This document shows, one piece after another, positions 33,227 through 43,460 of a stretch of 64,000 bases of DNA (its first letter is position 1; every line of letters starts with the position of its first letter). The position numbers and the translations under genes are program-made. The stretch is from Candidatus Krumholzibacteriota bacterium (GTDB taxonomy: Bacteria > Krumholzibacteriota > Krumholzibacteriia > JAJRXK01). The stretch covers positions 96,001 through 160,000 of the forward strand of contig CAVXTH010000008.1 of assembly GCA_963764625.1 (NCBI GenBank), read 5' to 3'. Under the pieces are notes generated by a model. It saw only the letters and a list, made by a program, of their open reading frames with translations, was not told the DNA's origin and ran no database searches.

Positions 33227-34362
33227 GTCTCGATCGTCGCGATTTTCTCAAAGGCGCTCTCACCGGCGGCGTGCTCGCCGCGGGCGCTTCCATGGGGCTT
33301 GCGTGTCTTCGGCCCACCGCGGCGCGAGCCCACTACACACCGGCCGACAAAAAGCTGAGGATTCTCATCCTGGGAGGCACCGCGTTTTTGGGTCCCGCGG
33401 TAGTGTACGCGGCCCGGCGGCGTGGCCACGAAATCACGCTCTTCAACCGCGGCAAGACCAACGCCAATCTCTTTCCCGATCTCGAGACTCTCATCGGTGA
33501 TCGCGACGGTAAGCTCGACCCCCTGAAGGGGAGGGACTGGGACGCGGTGGTGGACACCTCGGGCTACTTTCCCCGGCTGGTGAAGGACTCCGCGCGACTG
33601 CTGGCTGATCACGTGCAACAGTACGCGTTCATCTCTTCGATTTCGGTGTACTCGCGCTTCGACGAACCCGGCATCGACGAGGACTTCCCCGTGGGCACCG
33701 TTGACGATCCCACCATCGAGAAGATCACCGAAGGGAGCTACGGCCCACTCAAGGCTCTGTGCGAACAGGAAGCCGAGAAGGCGCTGCCCGGGCGCGTGAC
33801 GAACATCCGTCCCGGCCTCATCGTGGGGCCCCGCGACCGCAGCGACCGCTTCACTTACTGGCCGGTGCGCGTGGGCAAGGGCGGTGAAGTCTTGGCGCCA
33901 AACTCGCCCAAGGACGGCATCCAAATCATGGACGTGAACGATCTGGGCGAGTGGATCGTCTACTGCCTCGAGAACAAGGTCGTCGGCGTGTACAACGCGG
34001 TCTCGCCCGCGGGCTGGCTCGACATCGGTGGTCTTTTGGACACCTGCAAGCGTGTGTCGGGAAGCGACGCGTCGTTCACCTGGGTCTCGAGCAAGTTTCT
34101 GGACGAACACGAAGTGCAGGGTTGGGCGGAGATGACCTGCTGGATGCCCCCCGAAGGGGAGTACTCCGGTTTCGGCAAAGTGAGCGTCGACCGTGCGGTT
34201 GCCCACGGCCTGGCCTTCCGTCCCATCTCCGAAACGGTCCGGACCACGCTCGACTGGTGGAAGGCCCTGCCGGAGGATCGGCGCGAGAAGATGCGCGCCG
34301 GGCTTGCCGCGGAGAAGGAAGAGAAGGTGCTGGCCGCCTGGCACGAGATCCAGAAAGGGTGA
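33223..34362 (+). CDS. Tat-exported NAD(P)-dependent epimerase/isoflavone-reductase-like atypical SDR
   Basis: DRRDFLK twin-arginine signal, ILGGTAFLG Rossmann motif, YGPLK, RPGLIVGP. Confidence 0.87.
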   Translation: MSLDRRDFLKGALTGGVLAAGASMGLACLRPTAARAHYTPADKKLRILILGGTAFLGPAVVYAARRRGHEITLFNRGKTNANLFPDLETLIGDRDGKLDPLKGRDWDAVVDTSGYFPRLVKDSARLLADHVQQYAFISSISVYSRFDEPGIDEDFPVGTVDDPTIEKITEGSYGPLKALCEQEAEKALPGRVTNIRPGLIVGPRDRSDRFTYWPVRVGKGGEVLAPNSPKDGIQIMDVNDLGEWIVYCLENKVVGVYNAVSPAGWLDIGGLLDTCKRVSGSDASFTWVSSKFLDEHEVQGWAEMTCWMPPEGEYSGFGKVSVDRAVAHGLAFRPISETVRTTLDWWKALPEDRREKMRAGLAAEKEEKVLAAWHEIQKG

Positions 34363-35276
34363 TCCAGACGACCTTCCTGAATCTCTTCGGCAAGAACCTT
34401 CTTCCTATTTTTCTCATCGCGGGGATCGGTTGGATCCTCGCGACAAAGAAGGGGGTCTCTGCCAAGCCCTTGAGCCAGGTGGGATTCCACGTCTTCTCGC
34501 CCTGCCTCATCTTCACCCTCATCACCGAAAGCGCGATCTCTCCCCACGACTTTCTGCGCCTAAGCGGCTTTGCGCTTCTGACCTACGGCGTGACTGCCAG
34601 CCTCGCACTTCTGGTCGCCCAAAGGCTCCGGCTCTCCCGCTCGCTCAAGGCGGCCATCTTCCTGTGCGTTCTGTTGCCCAATTCCGGCAGCTTCGGAATG
34701 GCGGCTAGCCTCTTTTCCTTCGGCCGGGAAGCCGAGGCGCGCGCCGGGTTGATCTTCGTGACCATGTCCATCCTGGGCTACTCATTGGGCGTGGTGGTCG
34801 CGTCGATGGGGAAGGCAACCGTCGGCACCGCGGTGCGCAAGCTCACGAGCGTGCCCGCGGTCTGGGCGGTGCCCCTGGCCTTTCTGGTGCGCGGCATGGG
34901 AGTCGACCTGCCGGCTGCGCTGCAGCGAACGGTGGATCTTCTGGCCCAGGCCACCATCCCGGTGTTCCTGGTGATCCTGGGCATGCAGCTGCGACGCGCC
35001 AGTCCACGTCACCATCCCTACGCGCTGTGTACCGCGGTGGTGTTCCGCCTGGTGGGCGGCGCCGCGGTCGGGTTGGTGATGGCCCAGCTCTTCCACCTGC
35101 AGGGCGCCAACTACCAGGCCGGCGTCCTGGAAATGGCGATGCCATCGGCGGTCTTGAACACGATTCTCGCCACCGAATACGACGTCGAACCGTCCTTCGT
35201 GGCCACTGTGGTGTTCTGCACCATGCTGGGGAGTCCTCTGACCCTCACTCCTTTGCTCCACCTGTTGGGGGCTTGA
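34359..35276 (+). CDS. AEC (auxin efflux carrier) family transporter
   Basis: GTGA overlap with upstream stop; PNSGSFG, LGMQL, AMPSAV motifs; about 10 TM helices. Confidence 0.85.
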   Translation: MIQTTFLNLFGKNLLPIFLIAGIGWILATKKGVSAKPLSQVGFHVFSPCLIFTLITESAISPHDFLRLSGFALLTYGVTASLALLVAQRLRLSRSLKAAIFLCVLLPNSGSFGMAASLFSFGREAEARAGLIFVTMSILGYSLGVVVASMGKATVGTAVRKLTSVPAVWAVPLAFLVRGMGVDLPAALQRTVDLLAQATIPVFLVILGMQLRRASPRHHPYALCTAVVFRLVGGAAVGLVMAQLFHLQGANYQAGVLEMAMPSAVLNTILATEYDVEPSFVATVVFCTMLGSPLTLTPLLHLLGA

Positions 35277-38200
35277 GCGAGAGCGGTGCTTGTTGAGGGA
35301 AGAGGGTCAGGCCCGAGGCCTCCACGTCCGATTTGAACTGCGCCACGTCCTTCTGAAAGAACTGGTTGAAATCTTCCAGGACCGGACGCGTGTCCTCCTC
35401 AGCCAAGTTCAGGTACTGAAGCGCGGCCTGGGTCGGCTTCTGCCAGGTCGGCCCCAACAGCCAGCGCGCGCGGTCCATGCGGCGGGAAGGCCATTCTCCG
35501 CCCACGTACCCCTTGGGATTCCGTGGCCCGCGCAAGCGCTCGTCCAGATCTTTGAGGCCCTTCTGCAGAGTCTCGGTTTCTTTCTTCAGGGCGTCCCAGC
35601 CGGTGGAATCGACATTCGCGTCACCCATCTCCTCGGCCTTCTCTTTCGCCTCCGCCTTGGCGGCCTTGATCTTGGCCAGCACGAACTCGCAGTCCTTGTC
35701 GGCGGCCAGAATGCGCTTGATCGCCTTGGCGATGGTTTCCTGCAGAAGGCCCAGGCGCTGTTGAGTCGACCACGCCTCCTGGCGATCTTCCTGGCTGATG
35801 GTGATCCGCGGGTCCGGCAGGACTCTCACCGTCTGCGTGGCCTCGGCTTTCTTGTAGTGCACCGTGATCTGGTAGGTACCGGGAATCACCTGCGGACCAC
35901 CGCCGTATCCGGACTCCTCCTCTTCCTCGTCGCTCTTACCGGGAATCTTCTGGAAAGCGTCGCTGTCCAGGCCCCAGACCACCCGGTTGACCCCTTGCTT
36001 CAGTTCGCGTTCGAACTCGCGGACTTTGGCCCCCTGTTCGTCGCGTACGGTCACTTTTAGTTTTTCCGGCTTTGCCTTCTCGGATCCAGTGGAATCTCCC
36101 GGGTCCTCTTCTTCATAAGAGCGGTTGGCCCGCTTTTCCATCTGGCGCTCTTTCTCAATCTTCTCATCCGGGTAAGGCAGCTCGTCGTCGTTCACCGCCA
36201 CCGTCATCAGGGCTCCGCGGGGACGAGACTTGCCTCGGAATTCTCCGTCGCCTGGAAAACGCGATGCACCGGCCTGCTTGACCTGGTACTCGATCGCGTC
36301 GGGGATCGGAAAGAGGTGGAGGGGTTCCTGCAGGATCGATTCGTTCAGCGTGCGCAGCGGACGAATGTCGTCGATCACATAGGCCGAACGGCCGTGGGTT
36401 CCCACTACCAGATCGCCCGCGCGTGCCTGGATCGCCAGGCCCATGACCGAAACGGTGGGGACGCCGTGCGTCCACTTCATCCAGTGTCCGCCGCCGTTCA
36501 CACTGAAGTAGAGGCCGAACTCGGTGCCCAGAAACAGAAGGTCGGGATCGACCGGATCCTGCACGATGCTCAGGCAATATCCCCAGACCTCGTCGGTGGC
36601 CAAGTTCCTCCAGTGCTTGCCGTAGTCCTCCACTCTGAACACGTAGGGAGTCCAGTTGCCCCGCCGGTGATCCTCGAACACCACGAAGCAGGTAGAGGGA
36701 TCGTGCGGGGAAGCGAAGATCGAGGGAATCCAGGTATTGTCGGGGACTCCTTTCGCGTGGCTCTCCAGGCTCTCCCAGTGGCCTCCGCCGTCGCGGGTGA
36801 GTTGAAGCCGGCCGTCGTCGGTTCCGACCCAGATGACGCCCTGCTTCAGCGGGCTAGGGGCGATGGCCACGATCGTGGTGAAGTTCTCCGCTCCGGTCAC
36901 ATCCGGGGTCAGGCCTCCGCTCTGGTTCTGATCCTGCCACTGCGGGTTGTTGGTCGTGAGGTCGGGGGAGATGACCGTCCAGTGGTCACCGCGGTCGGTG
37001 CTCTGGTGCAGATACTGGCTTCCCAGGTAAATCGTGTCGTCTTGGAAGGGATCGAGGGCGAAGCCCGCATTCCAGTTGAACCGCAGCTTTTCGCCAGAAG
37101 GCGGGGCGGGACGGATGCTCTTGCGCTCTCCGGTGTGGAGATTCCAGCGAATGAGATAGCCCTCTTGGCTCATCGCATAACCGATCATCGAGTCAAGTGG
37201 ATACGGCCGCGTGTCGAAGCCGTCTCCGTAACCGACTTCCTCCCAGTGGTAGTTCCGAATGCCTCCGTTCTCCCACACCGTCGCGGGTCCGCGCCATGAG
37301 CCGTTGTCTTGCATGCCGCCGTAAACGTGGTAGGGCTGATCGTCGTCGACCGCGATGTGATAGTACTGAGCCAGGGGGAGGTTGCTCACGAAGCGCCAGC
37401 TCTTCCCCCGGTCTTGGCTGAGGTACACGCCGCCGTCGTTACCGAGAATCAACCGGCGCGGATCGATGGGGTCGATCCACATGGCATGGTGGTCGGGATG
37501 GGCCTTGCCCCAGCTCACGAGAATCTTGAAGCTCTTGCCCGAATCCATGCTCACGCTCACCTGCGACCAGAGACTGTACACCCGATTGGGCCAGGCGGGA
37601 TCGACGTGGATTTCGCTGAAATAGAACGGACGGTTGCCGATATTTTCGTCCTTCCCCACCGTCTTGAAGGAATGTCCTGAGTCCTGGCTGCGCAGTAGCA
37701 CGTTCTCCTTGGCTTCGATGAGTGCGTAGAGGATCTGTGGATCGCTGGGCGAAAATGCCATGGCGATGCGACCCAGTTCACCCTCGGGAAGCCCGTCCTC
37801 GGAACTCAGCTGCTCCCAGCTGTCGCCCGCATCGTAGCTCACGAAAAGACCGGAGCCGCTTCCGCCGCTCTGGAAGAACCAGGGCCAGCGGCGGTATTCC
37901 CACAACGCGGCGAAGAGTTTGTTGGGGTTGGAAGGATCCATCACCAGCTCGGTGCAGCCGGTGCGATCGTTGGCGCTGAGGATCTTCTTCCAACTCTTCC
38001 CGCCATCTAGCGTGCGGTAGAGGCCGCGGTCGCCGCCATCGCTCCAGGCTGGACCCAGGCACGCCACGTACACACGGTCGGGATCACGCGGATCGATGAC
38101 GATGCGACGGATGTGTTCGCTCTTGTCCAATCCCAGATGGTGCCAGGTGCGTCCTCCATCGAGGCTCTTGTAGATTCCATTTCCGCCCGAAGCGCTATTA

Positions 38201-38559
38201 CGCGGGTTGGATTCGCCGGTGCCGACCCACACCACATCGGGATTGCCCGGCTCGAGCGCGATTGCGCCGATGGAGGCGACTGCCTGCTCGTCGAAGAGCG
38301 GCTCGAAATTCAGCCCCCCATTGACGGACTTCCACAGCCCTCCGGTCGCGGTTCCCAGGTAGATGATGTTCTCGTCCCCGGGCACACCCGCGATGGCCAC
38401 GATTCGACCCGACATTCCGGCCGGTCCGATGGAGCGGGCCTTCATGCCCGCCAAGAGACCGGGATCGAGTTTCGCTTGGCTCGCGCCGGCGGTAAGCACG
38501 GCGAGCAGGAACAGCATTGACGGCAAGAAGCGCCGAAGCACTTTGGCGTTGCAGATCAT
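35245..38559 (-). CDS. Secreted VPS10/sortilin-like BNR-repeat beta-propeller protein (putative glycosyl hydrolase)
   Basis: Signal peptide, RSIGPAGMSGR, repeated SxDGGxxW Asp-boxes, GGMQDNGSW. Confidence 0.88.
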   Translation of the reverse strand: MICNAKVLRRFLPSMLFLLAVLTAGASQAKLDPGLLAGMKARSIGPAGMSGRIVAIAGVPGDENIIYLGTATGGLWKSVNGGLNFEPLFDEQAVASIGAIALEPGNPDVVWVGTGESNPRNSASGGNGIYKSLDGGRTWHHLGLDKSEHIRRIVIDPRDPDRVYVACLGPAWSDGGDRGLYRTLDGGKSWKKILSANDRTGCTELVMDPSNPNKLFAALWEYRRWPWFFQSGGSGSGLFVSYDAGDSWEQLSSEDGLPEGELGRIAMAFSPSDPQILYALIEAKENVLLRSQDSGHSFKTVGKDENIGNRPFYFSEIHVDPAWPNRVYSLWSQVSVSMDSGKSFKILVSWGKAHPDHHAMWIDPIDPRRLILGNDGGVYLSQDRGKSWRFVSNLPLAQYYHIAVDDDQPYHVYGGMQDNGSWRGPATVWENGGIRNYHWEEVGYGDGFDTRPYPLDSMIGYAMSQEGYLIRWNLHTGERKSIRPAPPSGEKLRFNWNAGFALDPFQDDTIYLGSQYLHQSTDRGDHWTVISPDLTTNNPQWQDQNQSGGLTPDVTGAENFTTIVAIAPSPLKQGVIWVGTDDGRLQLTRDGGGHWESLESHAKGVPDNTWIPSIFASPHDPSTCFVVFEDHRRGNWTPYVFRVEDYGKHWRNLATDEVWGYCLSIVQDPVDPDLLFLGTEFGLYFSVNGGGHWMKWTHGVPTVSVMGLAIQARAGDLVVGTHGRSAYVIDDIRPLRTLNESILQEPLHLFPIPDAIEYQVKQAGASRFPGDGEFRGKSRPRGALMTVAVNDDELPYPDEKIEKERQMEKRANRSYEEEDPGDSTGSEKAKPEKLKVTVRDEQGAKVREFERELKQGVNRVVWGLDSDAFQKIPGKSDEEEEESGYGGGPQVIPGTYQITVHYKKAEATQTVRVLPDPRITISQEDRQEAWSTQQRLGLLQETIAKAIKRILAADKDCEFVLAKIKAAKAEAKEKAEEMGDANVDSTGWDALKKETETLQKGLKDLDERLRGPRNPKGYVGGEWPSRRMDRARWLLGPTWQKPTQAALQYLNLAEEDTRPVLEDFNQFFQKDVAQFKSDVEASGLTLFPQQAPLSLKPPTGGAKE

Positions 38560-38652
38560 AGGGTCCTCCACGGTGCGGTGGGAGGGAAGACGCGGGGAAA
38601 AGACCGGGAGGTCTATGAAACCTCATTTTGGCTCCGAGATCCAGCGCGGGAT

Positions 38653-38680
38653 GGCGCGCCGCGCGGCGGCACGGCGCGCC
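38653..38680. other. GC hairpin between the two VPS10 genes
   Basis: GGCGCGCCG...CGGCGCGCC inverted repeat without a U-tract. Confidence 0.35.
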
Positions 38681-38714
38681 CCTTGCCTCTCGCGCCAGGC
38701 CGGCGCGGAGTTGC

Positions 38715-41700
38715 TCAGCCCTGATAGTCGGGCACTCTCCCCGGAGTCCACGGCGCGCCCAGAGCCTCGAGTTTGGCCTCGAACGCGGGCAAGGCCGAAT
38801 TCAAGAGCTCCTTGAGCTCGGGAAGCACCTCGCCCTTGAATTGATCGCGCGCAATGGCAAAGCTCTGCCGCTGGTTCTGTGTGGGAGCGGAGGAGTTGTT
38901 CCACCCCCAGGTAGCGCGATCCATTCTCTCCACCAAGCCCGGGGTGGTGGCCTCGCTGCGCGAGGAAATCGTGTGGTCCCCGTTCATGACGGTGCCAAGG
39001 CGCCGCACGCGGGATTCTATGCCGTCGAGCTCGTCGACGAGCCCGCTGCCGGCGGAGGGAGTATCGTGGAGAGCGACCCGCAGATGATCGATACGATCCT
39101 GCGCCTCCTTCAGCGAGCGTCGCGCTCCCAGAACCGCGCGCCGCAGTTCCGCCGTTTGCTTGCGAAACTGCAGAGATTGCGCTCGATCCTTCGCGGGGAG
39201 CTTCGCCAGGTTCAAGGGCTCGACCTGAAACGGCATTTCTTCGCTCAAGCTCGTCGTTTCACCGCGCACGCGCGCCATGAGTTGAACGGTGTACGAACCG
39301 GGCAGTACCGGCGGCCCCGACGGCTGAGGGGTCCAGGGATCGGGGGCTTCCCAATCTTTGGTGCTGGAAGGATCCGGAGCAGGCAGCCGCAGATCCCAGG
39401 CGGTGCGGTGGATGCCCTTCTCGATCTCGCCTGGAACGCGGCGCACGATGCTTCCGTCGCCATCCCGCACCACCAAGACGACTTGCGGAGAGAGCTCCTC
39501 GTCTTCCTTGCGTAGCTCGTCCCACGACGGGTAGGGGTTGTCTCCCCCTTCCTTCTCGATCTTCTTTTCCTTCTCCCGGCGCTCGTCGCGGAGGCTCTTG
39601 AAACCGTCCTTCAAGTAATAGGTAAACACGGCGCCAAAGGGAGGATTCTTCGCCACGAAAAACGCATCGCCCAAGCTCGCCTTGTCACCTCCCCCCAGAG
39701 GAGTTGCGGGGTGATAGAGTTCCGCCTTCTTCACTGAAAAGAGCACCGCCTCATGGTCCAGGGCTTCCTTGCTCACCGTGCGCAGCGGACTGTAGTCGTC
39801 GAGCACGTAGAATCCACGGCCCATCGTTCCCACCACCAGGTCGTTCTCGCGGCGTTGGATCTTGAGATCGCGGCACGCGATGGTGGGGATTCCTCCCTCG
39901 AGTTGTACCCAATGCTCACCCCCGTCCACCGTGAAGAAGACGCCGAACTCGGTGCCGACGAAGAGCAGATTGGGGTCGACCTGGTCTTCGGCGATGGCGT
40001 ACACGCTGCCGCGCGCGGGGAGATCGCCGGAGATGCTCTTCCAGCCCTTCCCCCGATTCGTGCTCCTGAGAACATAAGGTTTGAAGTCGCCGCGCTTATG
40101 GTTGTCGAAGGAAGCGTACACCGTGCTCGCGTCGTGGGAGGAGGCGACGATGTACGAGACGTAGCTCATTTCGGGCACGCCCGAGAAGCTGCCTTGCCGG
40201 CTCCAGTTCTGTCCCCCGTCCTCGCTCACCTGGATCAGTCCGTCATCGGTTCCGACGTAGAGCAAACCCTCTTGCAGAGGAGACTCATCCAGACTGACGA
40301 TGGTCCCGTAGAACGAAGTAGAGTTGTTCTTGGCAACCGCGTCGACGCTCCACACACGACCCACCACCGGAAGAGTGTTCCGGTCGAGCTGGCGCGTCAG
40401 ATCTCCGCTCACTCTCACCCAGCTGTCTCCCCGGTCGTCGCTTCTGAAGAGCTTGTTGGCTCCGTAGTACAGACGATGGGGGTCGTGGGGACTGATCAAG
40501 AGGGCCGACGACCAGTTCCACTTGAGCACTTCGCCCTTTTCCGGCTGGGGTTGGATGTCTTGCACCTCGCCGCTACTTCGGTCGTAGCGGGCCAGATTTC
40601 CGTACTGCCACTGGGAGTAGACGATGTCGGGATCTTCCGGATCGACCGCCGGCCCGAAGCCGTCGCCGCCCAGCGTGATGTACCAATCGTAGTTGTGGAT
40701 ACCGCTAGCGCTGTTGGTGCGCGTCGGGCCCCCGATGGTGTTGTTGTCTTGGGTGCCGCCGTACACGTGGTAGAAGGGGGAATCGTTGTCCAGGGCGATC
40801 TTGTAGAATTGGGTGACGGGAAGATTCGCGCGGAACATCCAGGTGTCGGCGCGATCCCAGGTCTCGTAGAGACCACCGTCGCATCCCACGCGCATGTGAT
40901 CGGTGTCGTTGGGATCGATCCACAAAACGTGATTGTCGACGTGCTTGAACTTGCCCGGCACGCGGGAGAAAGTCGCGCCGCCGTCCTCACTCACTTTCAG
41001 AAAGGTGTCCATGCTGTAGACGCGATCCGGGTCCTTCGGATCAGCCACCAGCTCGTTGTAGTACTGGGGACTGGTGGACATGGTCGGCGACATCTTCTTC
41101 CAGGTTGCGCCGGCGTCGGTGCTGCGGAAGACCCCGCCCTTGTCGTCCTGCGCCTCGATGATCGCGTAGACGATGTCGGGGTTGGCCGGTGAGATCGCGA
41201 GCCCGATCCGGCCCTTGTCGACCTCGGGAATGCCGTTCTTCAACTCCTCCCAATTCTGCCCTCCGTCGGTGGATTTGTAGATGCCGCTTCCCGGTCCGCC
41301 GTCCAGGAGCACCCAGACGTGCCGGCGCCGCTGATAGGTGGTCGCGTAGATGACGTCCGGGTTGCGGGGGTCGAGATAAACTTCGTTGACCCCGGTGTCT
41401 GCGTCGATGTCCAGAATCTTCTCCCAGCTCTCGCCGCCGTCCTCGGTGCGGTACAGGCCGCGCTCACCGCCGCTCCGCCAGAGCGGTCCCTGAGCCGCGA
41501 CGAGAACCACGTCGCTGTTGCGAGGATCGACCGCGATCATTCCGATGTGTTCACTCTCCTTCAAGCCCATGTTCTTGAAGTTCTGCCCGCCGTCGGTCGA
41601 TTTGTACACCCCGTCCCCGTAGGCCACCGAGCGCTGTGAGTTGTTCTCTCCGGTTCCCACCCACACCACGTGGGAATTGTTGGGATCGAGGGTGACGCAG

Positions 41701-42041
41701 CCGATGCTGTACGAGCCATACTTGTCGAACACGGGCTCGAAGGTCGTTCCGTCGTTCTCGGTCTTCCACACGTTTCCCGAACAAACTGCGACGAAGTAGC
41801 GCTTGGGATTGTTCGGATCGACGGCCAGGTCTCCGACTCGCCCGCTGGTGAGAGCCGGGCCCAGAGCGCGAAAGGAGAGACCTTTGAAGGTATCCTTGCT
41901 CATGCCTCCCTTGTCCTTGGCCTCTTCGCTCTTCTGCGATCCCTCGCGTTCAAAGCGCGGTTTCACCGCGTGCGATGGCTGGGCCCAAACGAGGCCGAAT
42001 GCCAGACCCACGACGGCCATGATCCACGGAATGCGTCTCAT
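38715..42041 (-). CDS. Second secreted VPS10/sortilin-like BNR-repeat protein
   Basis: Signal peptide, RALGPALTSGRV, multiple STDGG Asp-boxes, GGTQDNN. Confidence 0.88.
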   Translation of the reverse strand: MRRIPWIMAVVGLAFGLVWAQPSHAVKPRFEREGSQKSEEAKDKGGMSKDTFKGLSFRALGPALTSGRVGDLAVDPNNPKRYFVAVCSGNVWKTENDGTTFEPVFDKYGSYSIGCVTLDPNNSHVVWVGTGENNSQRSVAYGDGVYKSTDGGQNFKNMGLKESEHIGMIAVDPRNSDVVLVAAQGPLWRSGGERGLYRTEDGGESWEKILDIDADTGVNEVYLDPRNPDVIYATTYQRRRHVWVLLDGGPGSGIYKSTDGGQNWEELKNGIPEVDKGRIGLAISPANPDIVYAIIEAQDDKGGVFRSTDAGATWKKMSPTMSTSPQYYNELVADPKDPDRVYSMDTFLKVSEDGGATFSRVPGKFKHVDNHVLWIDPNDTDHMRVGCDGGLYETWDRADTWMFRANLPVTQFYKIALDNDSPFYHVYGGTQDNNTIGGPTRTNSASGIHNYDWYITLGGDGFGPAVDPEDPDIVYSQWQYGNLARYDRSSGEVQDIQPQPEKGEVLKWNWSSALLISPHDPHRLYYGANKLFRSDDRGDSWVRVSGDLTRQLDRNTLPVVGRVWSVDAVAKNNSTSFYGTIVSLDESPLQEGLLYVGTDDGLIQVSEDGGQNWSRQGSFSGVPEMSYVSYIVASSHDASTVYASFDNHKRGDFKPYVLRSTNRGKGWKSISGDLPARGSVYAIAEDQVDPNLLFVGTEFGVFFTVDGGEHWVQLEGGIPTIACRDLKIQRRENDLVVGTMGRGFYVLDDYSPLRTVSKEALDHEAVLFSVKKAELYHPATPLGGGDKASLGDAFFVAKNPPFGAVFTYYLKDGFKSLRDERREKEKKIEKEGGDNPYPSWDELRKEDEELSPQVVLVVRDGDGSIVRRVPGEIEKGIHRTAWDLRLPAPDPSSTKDWEAPDPWTPQPSGPPVLPGSYTVQLMARVRGETTSLSEEMPFQVEPLNLAKLPAKDRAQSLQFRKQTAELRRAVLGARRSLKEAQDRIDHLRVALHDTPSAGSGLVDELDGIESRVRRLGTVMNGDHTISSRSEATTPGLVERMDRATWGWNNSSAPTQNQRQSFAIARDQFKGEVLPELKELLNSALPAFEAKLEALGAPWTPGRVPDYQG

Positions 42042-42107
42042 CGGAACTCTCCTCACTTCGATTCGCCAGACGGCGCCGGGTGCTTCCTTGGGGAGGAAAC
42101 AACGGCT

Positions 42108-42521
42108 CTATTCTTCGTGAAACCCCATCACCACCAGGGCACAGCTTCCATCGCCGATGACTCCCAGGCCCGCTTTCTTGCCGCTACGGATCGCCTCTTC
42201 GCTTTCAGCGCCTGGCTGCATCCATACGTAGCTCACGCCCAGCTTCGCGGCTTCCAGAACGATTTTCTCCGTGATCGCGGGAGGGGTGATGATTGAAATG
42301 CCGCGCGGGGTCAGGGGAAGGCTCGCGAGATCGGGATAGGCTTTCAGGCCTTCCACTTCCTCTGCTTTGGGATTGATGGGATAGACTTCGCGTCCCGTCT
42401 GTTGATACGCGCGCAGCACTTTGTTCCCGTACTTGCTTCGATCGGTCGAGGCGCCGACCACCGCGTACGGGCCTTCCTCCAAGTACTCCTCGATCAGCTC
42501 TCGGGTGCTCTTCTCGCTCAT
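42108..42521 (-). CDS. CoA-binding protein (YccU-like)
   Basis: AVVGAS...KYG, YPINP, VWMQPGAE motifs. Confidence 0.88.
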   Translation of the reverse strand: MSEKSTRELIEEYLEEGPYAVVGASTDRSKYGNKVLRAYQQTGREVYPINPKAEEVEGLKAYPDLASLPLTPRGISIITPPAITEKIVLEAAKLGVSYVWMQPGAESEEAIRSGKKAGLGVIGDGSCALVVMGFHEE

Positions 42522-42633
42522 GGGTCCCGCCTCTCCGCACGCTTTGCCGCATGCTTGGTGGTCGATTGCCGCTGAGTAGGATACACTCAGCTTTGGATCC
42601 ACGCGAGAAAGATCAGGCGAGGAGAGGGATACA

Positions 42634-43371
42634 GTGAGCGAGAAGGGCTATTGGTACGGGATTCAGGGCGTGCGGCACGGTCCGGTTCCCTTTCAAGAGA
42701 TCCAGCGGCTCGTGCAAATCGGGACAGCTTCATTCCACCGACTACATATGGAATGAAGAGCACCAGATTTGGACGCGCGTCATGGATTTCCCGAAAGCCC
42801 TGGACCCCCCACCCCCACAGGGCAGAGGTCTCACCGCCCGAGGTTATCCGTGCACGATGGGGACGCACACGACTCAACCTGGGAGGGCCAGGAGACCGAG
42901 GAGTTCGAAGCGCCCGTGGAATACGCGGGACTCTGGATTCGCTTCGGCGCCTTCATCATCGATGCCTTCGCGATGGGGTTCTTGGGGATGATCTGGTTCT
43001 TCATCGCGTTGGCGCTCGGCCTGCTCGACAACTACATGGCGCTGGCCGACACGGCCGAGCACCTGAACCTTCACGAAATCTGGTCCTCGCTCCCCTGGAT
43101 CTACTACGCGGTCACCACCTTCATTGCCTGGCTCTACGAGGCCCTGTTTCTCTCTTCGAGCTGGGAGGCGACGCTGGGAAAGCGCGCCATGGGCATCCGC
43201 GTGGTCGATTCAGAGGGCGAGCGCTGCAGTTTTGCCCGCGCCAGCCTTCGCTTTGCCATCAAGGACTTCGTTTCCGGCTGGTTTCTGTTCGGCTATCTGC
43301 TGGTGCTGGTCAACGAGAAAAAGCAAGCCCTGCACGACATGGTGGCCGGCACTTACTGCGAAAAACTCTGA
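42634..43371 (+). CDS. GYF_2 (DUF4339) plus RDD family membrane protein with two apparent frameshifts
   Basis: From GTG 42634: MSEKGYWYGIQGVRHGPVPFQEIQRLVQIG; shift at GGG 42721-23 to QLHSTDYIWNEEHQIW...FP; shift back in the C-runs at 42805-16 to the RDD domain (YAGLWIRFGAFIID, TLGK, QALHD). Confidence 0.75.
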
Positions 43372-43392
43372 GGCGAACCCTGGGGACGCGAA

Positions 43393-43418
43393 GGAGGGCG
43401 GCCCTGAAGCCGCCCTCC
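43393..43418. terminator. Hairpin between convergent RDD and degP genes
   Basis: GGAGGGCGGC-CCTGAA-GCCGCCCTCC, a 10-bp stem. Confidence 0.65.
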
Positions 43419-43460
43419 CGTCATTTTGCCAGCAGTGGTGAACCGAACTCCTCCGCTCTT

